Shown: piece after piece, positions 63,606 through 64,000 of the stretch
How positions within the stretch are numbered: position 1 is the first letter of the stretch
Layout of the letters: each line of letters starts with the position of its first letter
Notes under the pieces: generated by a model
Databases searched by the model: none
What the model was told of the DNA's origin: nothing
The model's input: only the letters and a program-made list of their open reading frames with translations
Made by a program: the position numbers and the translations under genes
Source of the DNA: Anolis carolinensis
Lineage: Eukaryota
DNA length: 64,000 nt
NCBI RefSeq assembly: GCF_035594765.1
Contig: NW_026943823.1
Location: forward strand, 310,001-374,000
Direction: 5' to 3'

Positions 63606-64000
63606 CTGGATAATAACAGTACGTTTTGGCCTAGCTATTTCCTTCCTATGCAAGTTTACTTGAGGACCACTTTGGGACCAAGGGACTTGCTCTCCCTTTG
63701 CAGTCTTCATGGAGTAATCCTTTGGCAAGGCTCTACCTGGATGCACAAGTTGATGGGGCTGAGCTGAGCCTATGGTTTTCAGCTTTGCTGGACAAATCCA
63801 GTTCTGCCCTTGGAGGCTCTTCTCTCCCTGCAGCCACATTCTGTTAGCCAGCAAAACATGAGAAGGAGCTCATTGGCATGCAAAGGCCTCTTCCTTTCCC
63901 TTCCACCTCCACCACCCCGCTGTGATGTTGTTGCTCTGGAGTGAGTCCGCCTGGGCCTCTTGTTCTCCCTGTCAAGGGCCTGTGATGGGAAGCAATGGAA

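Larger units (their letters stand above)
57050..64000 (+). mobile_element. Fossil L1-clade LINE 'E' (degraded; probably continues beyond the window)
   Basis: ORF1-like YDLKGKELLK and LKLQGEEIT (~57105-57205); EN KARPLLMLLKDNFP (~58638-58680); linker IFLKMN (~60140); RT VRDALQEHTLPTGRFQAINGRDLPE (62092-62166), TDSMQSQETTT (~62245), LLAKDA..LIYL (~62608-62665) and QGTCSPFAVFME/PLA (~63678-63727). Confidence 0.6.

Overview
Repeat-dense squamate genomic DNA. The Sauria SINE, BovB, CR1 with a (TTCTATGA)n tail, Penelope and R4/Dong content suggest a lizard, probably Anolis. I found no host protein-coding exon, rRNA, tRNA or CRISPR array. The young layer comprises CR1, RTE-BovB, L2 and R4/Dong 3' ends, Penelope-like ends carrying minimal hammerhead ribozymes, three SINE families, hAT and Tc1-mariner MITEs, solo LTRs, mini- and microsatellites, and three N gaps. 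Main observation: much of the apparently unique DNA between these repeats reads, on manual translation through stops and frameshifts, as collinear relics of five apparently near-full-length, very old L1-clade LINEs (ORF1, APE endonuclease, RT, C-terminal Cys motif). They tile almost the whole window in alternating orientation (+ - + - +), and nested younger insertions stretch the four fully contained ones to about 9-17 kb each. These calls come from eyeballed motif similarity and motif order, and need profile-HMM confirmation.
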